Of a stretch of 64,000 bases of DNA, positions 1-10,249 are shown one piece after another (position 1 is the stretch's first letter; the number at the start of each line of letters is the position of its first letter). The notes under the pieces are model-generated. The model saw only the letters and a program-made list of their open reading frames with translations, was not told where the DNA came from and did not search any database. The DNA comes from a virus, in IMG/VR virus record IMGVR_UViG_3300008267_000004, positions 64,001 through 128,000 of that record; one strand, 5' to 3'. Made by a program: the position numbers and the translations under genes.

Positions 1-425
1 TCTACGTCAGGTATTAACCCACCAACTATGCCAAACATGCCAGCTAATATTGGAAAATTACCATGATATGGATGATCTTTCATTATATGTAAATATTTTT
101 CTGAGCCTATCCATTCATTAACGGCATCTACTTCTCTTTTAGAAAATCTAGAATCTGTATCTCGAAAAATTATTCTTTCTATACCATCTTCCGACATAGG
201 AAGAAATCTTTTTGTTGTAAAAGTCCAATCAGGATTATCGTTACATACTATTACTTCTGAGTTTTTTTCTAGTTCCTCTAATATATTTTTTGGAACATTA
301 TTAGAACAATAAAAACGACAAACCCAGCCGGGATAAAATTTCTCGGCTAGGTTTGCATTTTTTATAGCACCAATTGTATACTTTGGATTATTTCCCCATA
401 AAGAATAAGAAATTATTTTTTTCAT
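1..425 (-). CDS. Partial CDS (runs off window start), probable glycosyltransferase-associated protein
   Basis: Manual translation from ATG at 425: MKKIISYSLWGNNPKYTIGAIKNANLAEKFYPGWVCRFY...FRDTDSRFSKRE; TAATG overlap with the upstream gene stop. Confidence 0.6.
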   Translation of the reverse strand, partial: MKKIISYSLWGNNPKYTIGAIKNANLAEKFYPGWVCRFYCSNNVPKNILEELEKNSEVIVCNDNPDWTFTTKRFLPMSEDGIERIIFRDTDSRFSKREVDAVNEWIGSEKYLHIMKDHPYHGNFPILAGMFGIVGGLIPDV

Positions 426-2386
426 TACGCAGCTTGCGTCAACCTTTTTTGGAAAATAGCAAGATATTTTTGGAAGATTTCTTTTTCTTCTTTTCGTTTC
501 CAAGAATTATTATCTTGATTGGTTGACATTCCTTTAGGATTAAAATAATACAATCCTAAAGTTTTGTTAAGCTTTAAAAACTTAGAACCTTCAAAAGTGC
601 ATCTTAGCCACATTTCCCAATCACTTGCACTACGATATTTTTCTTCAAAATATCCATATTTATCATGTATTGATTTACGCCACATTGGCATACAATGCAA
701 AGGATTTCCTCTTAACATAGATTCTTCACTAAATGGTTCTGATGGATAATTTGATTTAGCAGTATTTTTATCCCATGTTTCATTAGCGTTGTTAGTTACT
801 AAGTTGTTTGCATATACCCCATCAATCTCCGGACTTGTATATAATTTTTTTGCTAATTCTTCAAGAGCATTTGGAAATTTACGATCATCTAAATTAGCAT
901 TAGTAATATACTCACCAGAAGCTTCTTTAATTGCAATATTCCAAGCGGCATAAATACCTGGGTCTTTCTCCAGCTTAATGTATTTAATATTTTCAGGATA
1001 CTGTTCTAAATATTTATTTATTGTTTCTTCTTCATTTTCTGGTGAGTTACAGTTGACTAGAATTAGTTCACATTTTTCTTTAAAAATACTTTGGGAAGTT
1101 ATGTCCTCTAAAAATCCTTTAATATGTTCTTCCCCGTTGTACACTGATGTAATTACAGATATTTTTGGAAGATCAGAAATTTCAACTTTTTGATTTTTCT
1201 CTCCAGTAACTAATTCACAAAATCTTGTATACATTTTTTCTTCAGTGAATTGCTCTCTGACTGCTTTATTTAATTTCTTTGACCAACTCTTAAATCTATT
1301 ATAGTCTTTATAAACTTCTCTTAATTTAGCCTTATAGCTTCTATGTACTGGGTAAGCCCAACTGGTTCCCTCTTCTAAAACTCCTTGCCAAACATGCTCT
1401 TTAGCAATTGGTTTTAACTCATAGTCTACTTTTGCAAATAATTTTTTCTGTGCGCCATCTTCATCTTCCACTGTAAGAAAATCTAAATGCCCGCTCCAAT
1501 CAGTTGCTACAACAGGTAGTTCGTTTGTGGTGGCTTCAAATAGTGGAAAACCAAATCCTTCTCCATGCGTTGTTGATACTATTGCTTTTATTTTTGGATT
1601 ACTATACAAACTAGCCATTTCAGATTCTGTTAAGTACCCATGAAGTAAATAAACAGAACATTTACGATCTTTATGGCTAGATAATAGATTTTGTAATCTT
1701 TGATCAACTGTTTCTCTATCTAAGATAGAATCATTTGTCATATTAATTTTTAATACAAGTCCAACTTCTTCGTTTTTAAATTCTTCTAAAAATCCTACAA
1801 TTGTTTGCTCTAAATTTTTTCTTGGACCCCACTGACATACAGACAAAAAATTAAAATCGTGTTTAAGGTCTAGTTCTATTGGAGATACAGTAAAATCTCT
1901 TACCGGAAAATGGCAAACATCCACTCTTTTTTCCACTTTATAATTCTGGCCCTTGTCATCTGAGAATATAGTGTTAATAAATGAAGACTTTGCGTGCTCA
2001 CTAATAACAATAATTTGATCCATTTGATTAGAGGGATTTAGCCATGCTGGGGAGATATTATTTGTCTCTATACCAGCTGTATAGCCTATATTTTTAGCTG
2101 CTATTGGCTTCCATTCATTTGGAATTGAAATTTGAACTGATATGTCAAAATTTGGATTATTATTTGTTGACGCAATGTAATTATGGGTCTCTAAACAAAT
2201 TTTATGTAACTCTCTTGTCTCTTCATCTTTATCCGCAATATTTCCGTTTCCTCCCCAATTTGTAGGGATAATGTATAGGTCATTATAGTCTAATGTATTT
2301 TTTAAAGATCTAAATGCAAACCTTGCCATCTCTCCATAGCCACTTCTACTAAATACTGGTCCTGTGATAACTATTTTTTTCTTCAT
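425..2386 (-). CDS. Bifunctional glycosyltransferase (N-terminal GT4/GT-B plus C-terminal GT2/GT-A)
   Basis: SRSGYG, GPRKN, THGEGFGFPLFEA (GT4 signature); then KISVITSVYN, NANLDD, ASDWEMWLR (GT2). Confidence 0.85.
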   Translation of the reverse strand: MKKKIVITGPVFSRSGYGEMARFAFRSLKNTLDYNDLYIIPTNWGGNGNIADKDEETRELHKICLETHNYIASTNNNPNFDISVQISIPNEWKPIAAKNIGYTAGIETNNISPAWLNPSNQMDQIIVISEHAKSSFINTIFSDDKGQNYKVEKRVDVCHFPVRDFTVSPIELDLKHDFNFLSVCQWGPRKNLEQTIVGFLEEFKNEEVGLVLKINMTNDSILDRETVDQRLQNLLSSHKDRKCSVYLLHGYLTESEMASLYSNPKIKAIVSTTHGEGFGFPLFEATTNELPVVATDWSGHLDFLTVEDEDGAQKKLFAKVDYELKPIAKEHVWQGVLEEGTSWAYPVHRSYKAKLREVYKDYNRFKSWSKKLNKAVREQFTEEKMYTRFCELVTGEKNQKVEISDLPKISVITSVYNGEEHIKGFLEDITSQSIFKEKCELILVNCNSPENEEETINKYLEQYPENIKYIKLEKDPGIYAAWNIAIKEASGEYITNANLDDRKFPNALEELAKKLYTSPEIDGVYANNLVTNNANETWDKNTAKSNYPSEPFSEESMLRGNPLHCMPMWRKSIHDKYGYFEEKYRSASDWEMWLRCTFEGSKFLKLNKTLGLYYFNPKGMSTNQDNNSWKRKEEKEIFQKYLAIFQKRLTQAA

Positions 2387-2387
2387 A

Positions 2388-3629
2388 TTAATATTCCTTT
2401 ATGCTCCAAGCTTTGTAGTTTTTTCTTGTTTCCCAAGATCCATATTTTTCATATACCTTTTCAAAAACATTATCCCATCTTTGAACAAAATCTTTAAAAT
2501 TGAAATTCTTTGACACAAATTCACTTCCCCTTCTTCCCAATTCTTTTCTTTCTTCTCTCGTCATATTATGAATTTTTAATAATGCCGATATAAAGTCTTC
2601 TTTTGAAATTCTATCTTCATAAATATACGGAACTTCTTGACTACCAATAACCGCCCTTGAAACTGGGTCTATTAATACTCCAAAGGTTTCATTTCCATCT
2701 GTTAGTTGATCCTGCATACCACCAGTTCTATTAGCAATTACTGGTGTTCCGCAAGACAAAGACTCTAGAACGGAAAGACCAAAACCTTCCGCATCACTTA
2801 CGTTAATAGTGCAATCAGCAGCATTATAAAATTTTGCCATATGCTCCAAAGGAACTTTTGCAGTAGAGATTGCAAAATTTTCTCTGCTTAATCCAACTTC
2901 TTTTGCAATAGCTTCTAAGTCTTGTCCATTTGGATCTTTTGGATCCGTATGCATTAATAACAATGCCTTATCGTGTCCAACTATATCTAAAAATTCTTTA
3001 AACCACCAAACTACAGAGCCGCTCATCTTTCTTCTAGCATTTCTATTAGTCCAAAAGAATAATGTTTTATTTTTTTCTCTATATTCAGAATATGAAGACT
3101 CATCTAAAATTTTATAAAAATCAGTATTAACGGCATGGGGTAAATATTCTTCTTCAACTTCTGGTGAAACAGTTTTTACGATATCACTTGTTAATTTGCT
3201 GATCGTTACAATTTTATCATTTGATAGATAAAATTTACGATTAAATTTTGGATATGGATAGTTGTCCCATACATGGTAATAAACCATTGGAACGTTTCCT
3301 CTAATTTCTTGAGCAAAATTCCATAACCAGCCATAAAATCTTGGATCTGTCATAAACCACATAACATCAGGCTTAAAATCTCTAATAGCAGCTCTAACTT
3401 GTTCTGGTGTTCCATAGCCATCAACTGGAATTACGGTTAAATCTTCTCCGTGTTCTTGAAATCTTACTGGTCTATAATCACTATGTTTAACTGCGCCACC
3501 AAAACATAAAAATTGATATTTACCAGTCTTTAGCAAACCATTTACCATGTAATTAGTTTGAGTTCCAACTCCGCTAGGAGCTAAAAGATGATCAGAGATT
3601 ACAAATACTTTTAATTTTCTATCTAACAT
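2388..3629 (-). CDS. Glycosyltransferase family 4
   Basis: PSGVGTQ, RNARRK, DAEGFGLSVLESLSCGTPVIANRTGGM. Confidence 0.88.
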   Translation of the reverse strand: MLDRKLKVFVISDHLLAPSGVGTQTNYMVNGLLKTGKYQFLCFGGAVKHSDYRPVRFQEHGEDLTVIPVDGYGTPEQVRAAIRDFKPDVMWFMTDPRFYGWLWNFAQEIRGNVPMVYYHVWDNYPYPKFNRKFYLSNDKIVTISKLTSDIVKTVSPEVEEEYLPHAVNTDFYKILDESSYSEYREKNKTLFFWTNRNARRKMSGSVVWWFKEFLDIVGHDKALLLMHTDPKDPNGQDLEAIAKEVGLSRENFAISTAKVPLEHMAKFYNAADCTINVSDAEGFGLSVLESLSCGTPVIANRTGGMQDQLTDGNETFGVLIDPVSRAVIGSQEVPYIYEDRISKEDFISALLKIHNMTREERKELGRRGSEFVSKNFNFKDFVQRWDNVFEKVYEKYGSWETRKNYKAWSIKEY

Positions 3630-4617
3630 TTATTGTTTCCTTTTCTAAGTCATTTAAATACATTATTTCCGCTAATTGAGACAATGTTGTAGCTGGATTC
3701 CATTTTAAAATATTTCTAGCTTTTGCCGGATTGGCTTGTAGTAGTGGTACTTCACTTGGTCTCTTAAATGAATCATCTATCACTACATACTCCATTAGAT
3801 TATAACCAGCAATTTCAGAAACGCAAGAAATAAAATCTTTAATTGTATAAGTTTTTCCAGTTCCCAAAACAAAGTCATCAGCTGCTGTATTTTGTAACAT
3901 CAACCACATACCTTTAACATATTCAGGAGCGTATCCCCAATCTCTTCTTGCTTCTAAATTTCCTAATCTTAACTCTTTTTGAAGTCCTAGTTTAATCCTT
4001 GCAGCTGCTTTTGTAATTTTTCTTGTTACGAATTGCTCTCCTCGTCTTTCACTTTCGTGATTAAAAAGGATACCAGAACAACAAAAAAGCCCATAAGCCT
4101 TGCGGTAATTAACCACAAGGTTATGGGCTGCAACTTTAGCACAGGCATAGGGAGAAACAGGAGAAAATGGTGTCTGCTCATTTTGTGGAGCAGCACTATT
4201 ATCGCCATACATTTCACTTGTACTAGCTTGGTAAAATTTTGTAGAAGGAGATAGATTTCTAATTGCCTCTAGACAATTTAAAACCCCTGTTGTATTTATT
4301 TCTAAAGTGCTTTCTGGAGAAGTAAACGAAGCGGCCACATGGGACTGTGCAGCTAAATTATAGAATTCATCAGGCTTATAGCAAGATACGAGTCTCCAAA
4401 TAGAAGAAGAATCTGTTACATCTCCATTTTCTATTTTTAGATTTTTATCATCTAAAAGATGATTAATATTATAATATTTCTTATCTTCCATGGCTGATCT
4501 TCTTACTAGACCAATTACTTTATAATTGTTTTTAAGCAGCAATTCAGCCAAAAAAGAACCGTCTTGTCCTGTTATTCCTGTAACTATAGCTGTCTTCATT
4601 TTAATCCTTATGGGCAT
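3619..4617 (-). CDS. gmd: GDP-mannose 4,6-dehydratase (likely start at MKTAIVTG)
   Basis: TGITGQDGS, YNLAAQSHV, FYQASTSEMYG, SPYACAK, GILFNHESERRG, RDWGYA. Confidence 0.93.
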   Translation of the reverse strand: MPIRIKMKTAIVTGITGQDGSFLAELLLKNNYKVIGLVRRSAMEDKKYYNINHLLDDKNLKIENGDVTDSSSIWRLVSCYKPDEFYNLAAQSHVAASFTSPESTLEINTTGVLNCLEAIRNLSPSTKFYQASTSEMYGDNSAAPQNEQTPFSPVSPYACAKVAAHNLVVNYRKAYGLFCCSGILFNHESERRGEQFVTRKITKAAARIKLGLQKELRLGNLEARRDWGYAPEYVKGMWLMLQNTAADDFVLGTGKTYTIKDFISCVSEIAGYNLMEYVVIDDSFKRPSEVPLLQANPAKARNILKWNPATTLSQLAEIMYLNDLEKETINVR

Positions 4618-5393
4618 TCGACTGTATTTTTGAATTCACAGTTTTTACAGTTTAATTTATTTTTTGGATACATCCCAACTTTGATATTATATAAGGCTTT
4701 ATCCAAAAGTTTAAACGCATTTTGCGTTTTTACTGTTCCACTTGTTACCCTAAAGATTTCAATATTATCTTTTTTCGCAGTTCTCTTTAAGAGAGCAAAA
4801 TGAGTTTCAATATTTTTTGGATCCACATTGTGTTTTTTAGCGTAAAAATGCTTATAAAACGTTAGCTGATACGTTGTCATCGCATCACTTTTCTTTTTTG
4901 CATCCCAACCCCAAGCACAACTTTTCCAATCGATAATATGAATCTTATTATCAGAAGTTTGGATAATAAGATCAATAAAACCTTTAAAAGAATAATTTAG
5001 CTCTGGTATTGATTCGACTACCTCATAAATATCTTCTTCTGCTGCAAGCACTTTAAATTCACCAAAGTGATTTTGTAATGCAGGAAGAATTTGTTTAGAC
5101 AAATCTTCACCCTGCTTACGCATTTGCGTAAGCAATTTTTCGTCTATCTTTGATGAATTTTCTTTCAGAATTTTAATTTCACTATCAAACTTATTTAAGA
5201 AAATTTCTACTTCGTTTACTGAAGTGTCCTGAACTTTTAATTCAGCTGCTTCATGTAGTGCTGTTCCAAATGCTGTATATTCAGAGCCAGAAAATTTCTT
5301 AACTTCATCCTGATAGATGAGTTTAAACTTGTAAGGACAATCGTTCCAAACCTTTAGTGCAGAAAATGAAATATGCGACATAATAATCTCCAA
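4608..5393 (-). CDS. PD-(D/E)XK nuclease family protein (RecB/AddB-like)
   Basis: ISFSAL..W.DCPYKF, GTALH, KGFIDLI, IIDWKS, YQLTFY, C-terminal CKNCEFKNTVEC. Confidence 0.82.
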   Translation of the reverse strand: MEIIMSHISFSALKVWNDCPYKFKLIYQDEVKKFSGSEYTAFGTALHEAAELKVQDTSVNEVEIFLNKFDSEIKILKENSSKIDEKLLTQMRKQGEDLSKQILPALQNHFGEFKVLAAEEDIYEVVESIPELNYSFKGFIDLIIQTSDNKIHIIDWKSCAWGWDAKKKSDAMTTYQLTFYKHFYAKKHNVDPKNIETHFALLKRTAKKDNIEIFRVTSGTVKTQNAFKLLDKALYNIKVGMYPKNKLNCKNCEFKNTVECP

Positions 5394-5403
5394 TGTTGAG
5401 ACT

Positions 5404-5432
5404 ATTATAACCTACGACAGATTTTTTGTCAA
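5404..5432 (-). promoter_or_regulatory. sigma70 promoter, perfect consensus
   Basis: Minus strand TTGACA (5432-5427), 17 bp spacer, TATAAT (5409-5404), just upstream of the nuclease gene. Confidence 0.85.
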
Positions 5433-6095
5433 GTACTTTATTTTAGAGCATAATTTAGGGCTTATTCTATTGATATAGTCTTGGTCTTTCATAAAATAAC
5501 ATTCAAAACCATTACTAAAATACTCTCTTAAAGATGTACAAGCATAAGCAGATGCAAACAATCCAGAACATAAACGATTTAATAAATCGTATCCAACTTT
5601 TTTATAGAAAAATTCATCAAGTTCTGGATCATAAGAGGTATTTATCATTTTTCTTACATCGCTATCAATACCTTGTTGTTTTAATAACAAAAGAAGTTTT
5701 TTTCTCTTAGAGATAAATTCGTCTATAATTTCAGAATCACCATAAATATCTTCACCATACGCATCTTCAAGAGAGTGTGCAATTTCATGAATGATGGTTG
5801 ATACCATCAACTCTTCTGAATCTTGTCGATTTGAGATCCATATATCGTGATTATAATATATTGACTCTACTTCTCGATCAGAAAGAATATCATAGTTTCC
5901 TACGAAGATATTATTTAAATTATTTGCTAATTGGTAAGGCAAATATTTTTCAATTTGCCTTACCACATTAGTCATATTTATTTCCCTAGGGAGAGGACTA
6001 TCAATTAATATCCAGTGCTTATTAAATAATTGATATTCCCTCCTCTCTAGAAGGTTTCTTTCGTGAGATTTTTTTATAAAACTTTGTGTGGTCAT
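5412..6095 (-). CDS. Putative zincin-like metallopeptidase
   Basis: IIHEIAHSLE (HExxH) and downstream YACTSLREYFSNGF. Confidence 0.55.
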   Translation of the reverse strand: MTTQSFIKKSHERNLLERREYQLFNKHWILIDSPLPREINMTNVVRQIEKYLPYQLANNLNNIFVGNYDILSDREVESIYYNHDIWISNRQDSEELMVSTIIHEIAHSLEDAYGEDIYGDSEIIDEFISKRKKLLLLLKQQGIDSDVRKMINTSYDPELDEFFYKKVGYDLLNRLCSGLFASAYACTSLREYFSNGFECYFMKDQDYINRISPKLCSKIKYLTKNLS

Positions 6096-6382
6096 TACTT
6101 ACGTCTTTTAGCTTTTTTACTTTTCTTGACTTCAGCTGACTCAACATCAGCAATTGCTTGCTTATAGCCTCTTATAAAATTTTCTTCTGCCAACGCTAAA
6201 ACAAACTCTGGGAATTCTTCTGCTAAAACATCTACAATCATCTCGACTGTAACATTATCATCTTTTGGTTGTAGTTTATTGCCTACATAAGTTACGAATA
6301 ATTCTTTTAGGGCGTTATCAACTTTTACTGTAGATTTTAGATCCGGGTTTTCAAAGTCTTTTTCCTTTAAAGCTGTCTCCAT
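6095..6382 (-). CDS. Hypothetical protein
   Basis: Clean ORF with SD, tiled in the operon. Confidence 0.7.
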   Translation of the reverse strand: METALKEKDFENPDLKSTVKVDNALKELFVTYVGNKLQPKDDNVTVEMIVDVLAEEFPEFVLALAEENFIRGYKQAIADVESAEVKKSKKAKRRK

Positions 6383-6390
6383 TTTTTCTC

Positions 6391-7725
6391 CTATAATACT
6401 GATGCAGCTAGTGTAGCAACTGCAGAACGTTCACCTTTTTGCAATGTTATATGACCTGTTAGCTCGAATGGTTTAAATTTTTCAACAGCATAAGTTAAAC
6501 CATTGTTAGTCGCATCAAGAAAAGCACTATCAATCTGTTCAATATCACCTGTTAAAACAATTTTAGTATTTTCACCAACTCTTGTAATTATAGTCTTTAA
6601 TTCGTGCATTGTTAAGTTCTGCGCTTCATCAATGATAATAAATGCGTTTGCAATAGAGCGTCCACGAATAAATGTAAGAGCTTCTACTTCAATTGTACCC
6701 TTTTCTTGAAGCATTTGTAGATGCTCTTTATCATCACCCATAAGGAACTCAAGGTTATCTTGGATTGGAGCAACCCAAGGAGCCATTTTTTCTTCTAATG
6801 TTCCTGGCAAGAAACCAATATCACGACCCATCGGTTGCACTGGACGGGATACAATTATTTTCTTATATGTTGTAGACGCTAGAGTTTGCTCTAGTGCTGA
6901 TGCAAGAGCAATAAGTGTCTTACCACACCCAGCAAGACCTACAAGAGACACTATTTTAACATTATCATCCATTAGAAGATCAAAAGCAAATTGTTGCTCT
7001 TTGTTTTTTGCACGCACATCCCATACGCCTTCCTTAAATTCCCGAACTTTTGTTAATGCAAAGTTATAATTACGGAACTTGCATAGGGCGGTTTTCTTTT
7101 CGTTGGCATTTGATACAAGCATTACATACTGATTTGGGTGTAACTTGATGTCTTTTTCTTCTAGGAAGATTTTTTCTCCGTTATAAAAACGATCAACAAG
7201 ATGATCGTCAACAAGATGAGAGGTAAATCCAGTATAAATCTCTTCTTTCATCTCAACAATTTTATTTGTTGTATAATCTTGTGCAAGAATACCAAGGGCA
7301 TCTGCTTTAACTCGCATGTTAATATCTTGTGAAACTAGATACACAGGGCGGCTGGTAGCTGGAATATTCTCTTCTTCCGACATAACGGATAATACAGTAG
7401 CAAGAATTTGATTATCTGGATCTTGCATAGACATTTCTGCAGGGAGTAAACTCTTACCATAGTTTACTACAGTAAGTGTGCCTTTACGACTACCAATTTT
7501 AACACCTTTGTCTAGCTGTCCTTTTTCTCTTAGACCATCAAAAATACGAATTACTTGACGAGCATTTGCGCCAACTCCGTCTTGACGTTTTTTGTGTTTA
7601 TCGATTTCTTCTAGGACTTTTAGTGGCACCACTATATCATTATCTTGAAATGCATATACTGCATTAAAGTCGCTTAAAAAAACATTTGTATCAATTACAT
7701 AAACTTTTTTTGATTTTTTTGCCAT
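6391..7725 (-). CDS. phoH: PIN domain plus PhoH-family ATPase (PhoH2/YlaK-like)
   Basis: YVIDTNVFL (PIN), GLAGCGKT, LPGTLEEKMAPW, FIRGRS, IIDEAQN, LTGDIEQID. Confidence 0.92.
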   Translation of the reverse strand: MAKKSKKVYVIDTNVFLSDFNAVYAFQDNDIVVPLKVLEEIDKHKKRQDGVGANARQVIRIFDGLREKGQLDKGVKIGSRKGTLTVVNYGKSLLPAEMSMQDPDNQILATVLSVMSEEENIPATSRPVYLVSQDINMRVKADALGILAQDYTTNKIVEMKEEIYTGFTSHLVDDHLVDRFYNGEKIFLEEKDIKLHPNQYVMLVSNANEKKTALCKFRNYNFALTKVREFKEGVWDVRAKNKEQQFAFDLLMDDNVKIVSLVGLAGCGKTLIALASALEQTLASTTYKKIIVSRPVQPMGRDIGFLPGTLEEKMAPWVAPIQDNLEFLMGDDKEHLQMLQEKGTIEVEALTFIRGRSIANAFIIIDEAQNLTMHELKTIITRVGENTKIVLTGDIEQIDSAFLDATNNGLTYAVEKFKPFELTGHITLQKGERSAVATLAASVL

Positions 7726-7745
7726 TTGATTTTGGTCCTTAGAAT

Positions 7746-7778
7746 AAAAAAGGGGAAGTCGAAAAAATCGACTTCCCC
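7746..7778 (-). terminator. Intrinsic terminator
   Basis: 11-bp stem GGGGAAGTCGA/TCGACTTCCCC followed by T6 on the minus strand. Confidence 0.8.
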
Positions 7779-7831
7779 AATGGTACTACATAAAATGTAT
7801 TTTTTTAAATAAAGTGCTCATATAATAATAC

Positions 7832-8389
7832 TTAAATAGTTTTATTATTATATTTGGTGACAAAATCATTCATAATAATGCTACCAGCCACAGCAGCATT
7901 GAGAGAACGCACACTTCCGTACTGAGGAATATAAACAAACTTTTCACAAAGCTCAAGGGTTTCTGGAGTGATCCCGACACCTTCTTCGCCCAATATAAAT
8001 AGAGGAGGACGGCTATATGTGGCATCGACCAAAGAAGTAGCAGACGGCACAGTATTTTCAAGAGCCACAAGTTCGTATTCCTCTTTTAACTTGAGCAATT
8101 GGTCGCGGGTATTTAGATGGATTACATCAGTATAATTATGAGTTCCAACAGTTCCACGACGATCATAATGCTTACGTCCTAAATAGTATACAGCGCGTAC
8201 ATTAAACGCATTTGCAGAACGAATTACTGTACCAATATTAAAATCTCCAAGAAAATTTTCCATAAGGATTGCATATGGAAATGCTTTTTGTTTCAAATCT
8301 TTCTTGATCAATTCTTTATTCCATTTTGTAAGACGATCATTTTTATATTTGTCAATTACATTCCAATTTTCAATCCCAGGTACTTCCAC
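7832..8389 (-). CDS. SpoU/TrmH-family RNA 2'-O-methyltransferase
   Basis: DFNIGTVIRSANAF, LFILGEEGVGI, IPQYGSVRSLNAAVAGSI. Confidence 0.88.
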   Translation of the reverse strand: MEVPGIENWNVIDKYKNDRLTKWNKELIKKDLKQKAFPYAILMENFLGDFNIGTVIRSANAFNVRAVYYLGRKHYDRRGTVGTHNYTDVIHLNTRDQLLKLKEEYELVALENTVPSATSLVDATYSRPPLFILGEEGVGITPETLELCEKFVYIPQYGSVRSLNAAVAGSIIMNDFVTKYNNKTI

Positions 8390-8390
8390 T

Positions 8391-8615
8391 TTATTCTCCT
8401 TTTTCAGATTTTACCTTTAAAACGCTAGCACTAATCGCATCTTGAATTGTTTTTTCAAAATGTTTTTGGTCCCATTCTTCAAGATTAAAAGTTTCTAGAT
8501 AGTTATTTATAAACTCTGGATCTGCATCGAAAGTGACATATGCAGAACCATCATCCAACTCTTTAACCTCAAGACACTTTATATGTCCAAGAACTTTTTC
8601 AACTTTATCACTCAT
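8391..8615 (-). CDS. Hypothetical protein
   Basis: Tiled ORF. Confidence 0.6.
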   Translation of the reverse strand: MSDKVEKVLGHIKCLEVKELDDGSAYVTFDADPEFINNYLETFNLEEWDQKHFEKTIQDAISASVLKVKSEKGE

Positions 8616-8623
8616 TTTTTTTC

Positions 8624-9982
8624 CTATTTATCTGTATTTAGATTTCCTTGAATAGACCAAGCAAAATCTAATTGCACATCATTTGCAAACATCGGATCAA
8701 ACATATTAATGTTTTGATCTGTTGTATATCCTAGTTTACCAGAAGAAGTAGCTAGTGCATGGCACGACATACAATTTGTCTGTACTCCGTACTGGAAGTC
8801 TGGGTTTGTTTTATTTGCCATCTTAAACACTTGTGGTCCAAAACCAGCTTCAAGATATGGATTATAACAAATCATAGGCTCGTCTTTTGAAGTTGTCATT
8901 GCATAGCAAGGGGATACAGCATAGTGTCTGGCTTCTTCTTTTACCGAATCAGGCATTAAATCAGCATAATTGGTTGCACTTGGATGCCCAGGATTTTTTG
9001 GATCCGAAACCCAAAAATATGTTTGCCAAGTCCAATTTTTAATTTCTTTACTCGTTACATGCATTGCAACAAGTAATGCTACGCTCCCTTCTTGGAATTG
9101 ATGTGCCGGATCGTTACCTCTGTCTTGAAGTGTGTTTAAATATTCAGCAGTTTCTTTATCGATTCTAAAGCTGATAAAATCAGTCATATTGCAAGTGGCA
9201 GCTGCAATTTCTTCTTGGCTTGGATTTTCTGATGTAACTGGTACTAATTTTTTGTTAGGATCTTGTTTGTTGTCAACATCTACATAAATATAATTTTTCC
9301 AATCATGGTGACCAAATACCTTTGGAGGAACTGGTGTTGTTGTCCACGCTGGGACTCTTACTAAGCCATTTGTAGCTTTTGCTACGTAATAGGTAGGTTT
9401 TGTTGTAATTGATCTAACAGGAAAATCAGGAATTTTTCCAATATCACCTTCTACTAACAGTCTATCCAATACTGATTTATTAAATAATAAATTAGCTGTA
9501 GCAAAGCAGGCAGCATCAGGACTATAAGCAACAGTTTCTAAAATTGCATAATCATTTGTAATTGTTGAATTTAACACTCCTGCATGAGCTAGTTGCTTAG
9601 GGACTTTTAATTTTGTTGCTGTGTGTGAATTTAAATTACAACCGTAGTCTCTGTTACCAAAGGCTGCAGCGTCTGCTAATTGTCCAACACCGTGCCACGT
9701 TTCATAGACTCGTAAATTTCTTCCTTTATAGGTTTGACCTGTTTTTTCTGTCAAACCCGCCCAAATACCCCATGCATGTTTTGTTACTGATGCACTATCA
9801 TTTTTAGTGACCCACTCATAAATCGTTTCTTCACTCTCTGGGAAATTAAATGATTGTGATTGTACTTCTGCAAAGTCTACAGGACTAATTGTAGATGGCT
9901 TTTTAGCACCATAAATAAAAATACTTACAGAAGTTACTAACAGAACTAGAAATCCTAGAAATATAATTGTTGATCTTTTCAT
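8624..9982 (-). CDS. Exported or membrane-anchored protein with a C-terminal CxxCH heme-c motif
   Basis: N-terminal hydrophobic segment; TNCMSCHA near the C-terminus. Confidence 0.6.
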   Translation of the reverse strand: MKRSTIIFLGFLVLLVTSVSIFIYGAKKPSTISPVDFAEVQSQSFNFPESEETIYEWVTKNDSASVTKHAWGIWAGLTEKTGQTYKGRNLRVYETWHGVGQLADAAAFGNRDYGCNLNSHTATKLKVPKQLAHAGVLNSTITNDYAILETVAYSPDAACFATANLLFNKSVLDRLLVEGDIGKIPDFPVRSITTKPTYYVAKATNGLVRVPAWTTTPVPPKVFGHHDWKNYIYVDVDNKQDPNKKLVPVTSENPSQEEIAAATCNMTDFISFRIDKETAEYLNTLQDRGNDPAHQFQEGSVALLVAMHVTSKEIKNWTWQTYFWVSDPKNPGHPSATNYADLMPDSVKEEARHYAVSPCYAMTTSKDEPMICYNPYLEAGFGPQVFKMANKTNPDFQYGVQTNCMSCHALATSSGKLGYTTDQNINMFDPMFANDVQLDFAWSIQGNLNTDK

Positions 9983-9995
9983 TTTTTTCTCCTAT

Positions 9996-10024
9996 AAAAA
10001 AACCCACCTCATAAGAGATGGGTT
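9996..10024 (-). terminator. Intrinsic terminator after tRNA-Ala
   Basis: AACCCA.CTC-ATAA-GAG.TGGGTT hairpin with a T tract on the minus strand. Confidence 0.65.
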
Positions 10025-10029
10025 AAAAT

Positions 10030-10103
10030 TGGTGGACCGAGTGGGAATCGAACCCACAAGACCGCCGTGCAAAGGCGGCAGTTTACCATTAGCTTACCAG
10101 CCC
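10030..10103 (-). tRNA. tRNA-Ala(TGC)
   Basis: Cloverleaf, CCGCC-TTTGCAC-GGCGG anticodon arm, G3.U70 pair, encoded CCA. Confidence 0.93.
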
Positions 10104-10249
10104 AATTTATTTTTTATTTTGATTCTCCAAACATTGCTTATCAATATATTGTATATAAGGCTCTGTGTATTTATAGCCACCATCCATATTAGCTACTAAA
10201 TCTTGGCAGTATGTAATACATAAATATATAAAACACTTTGTCGCTAACA

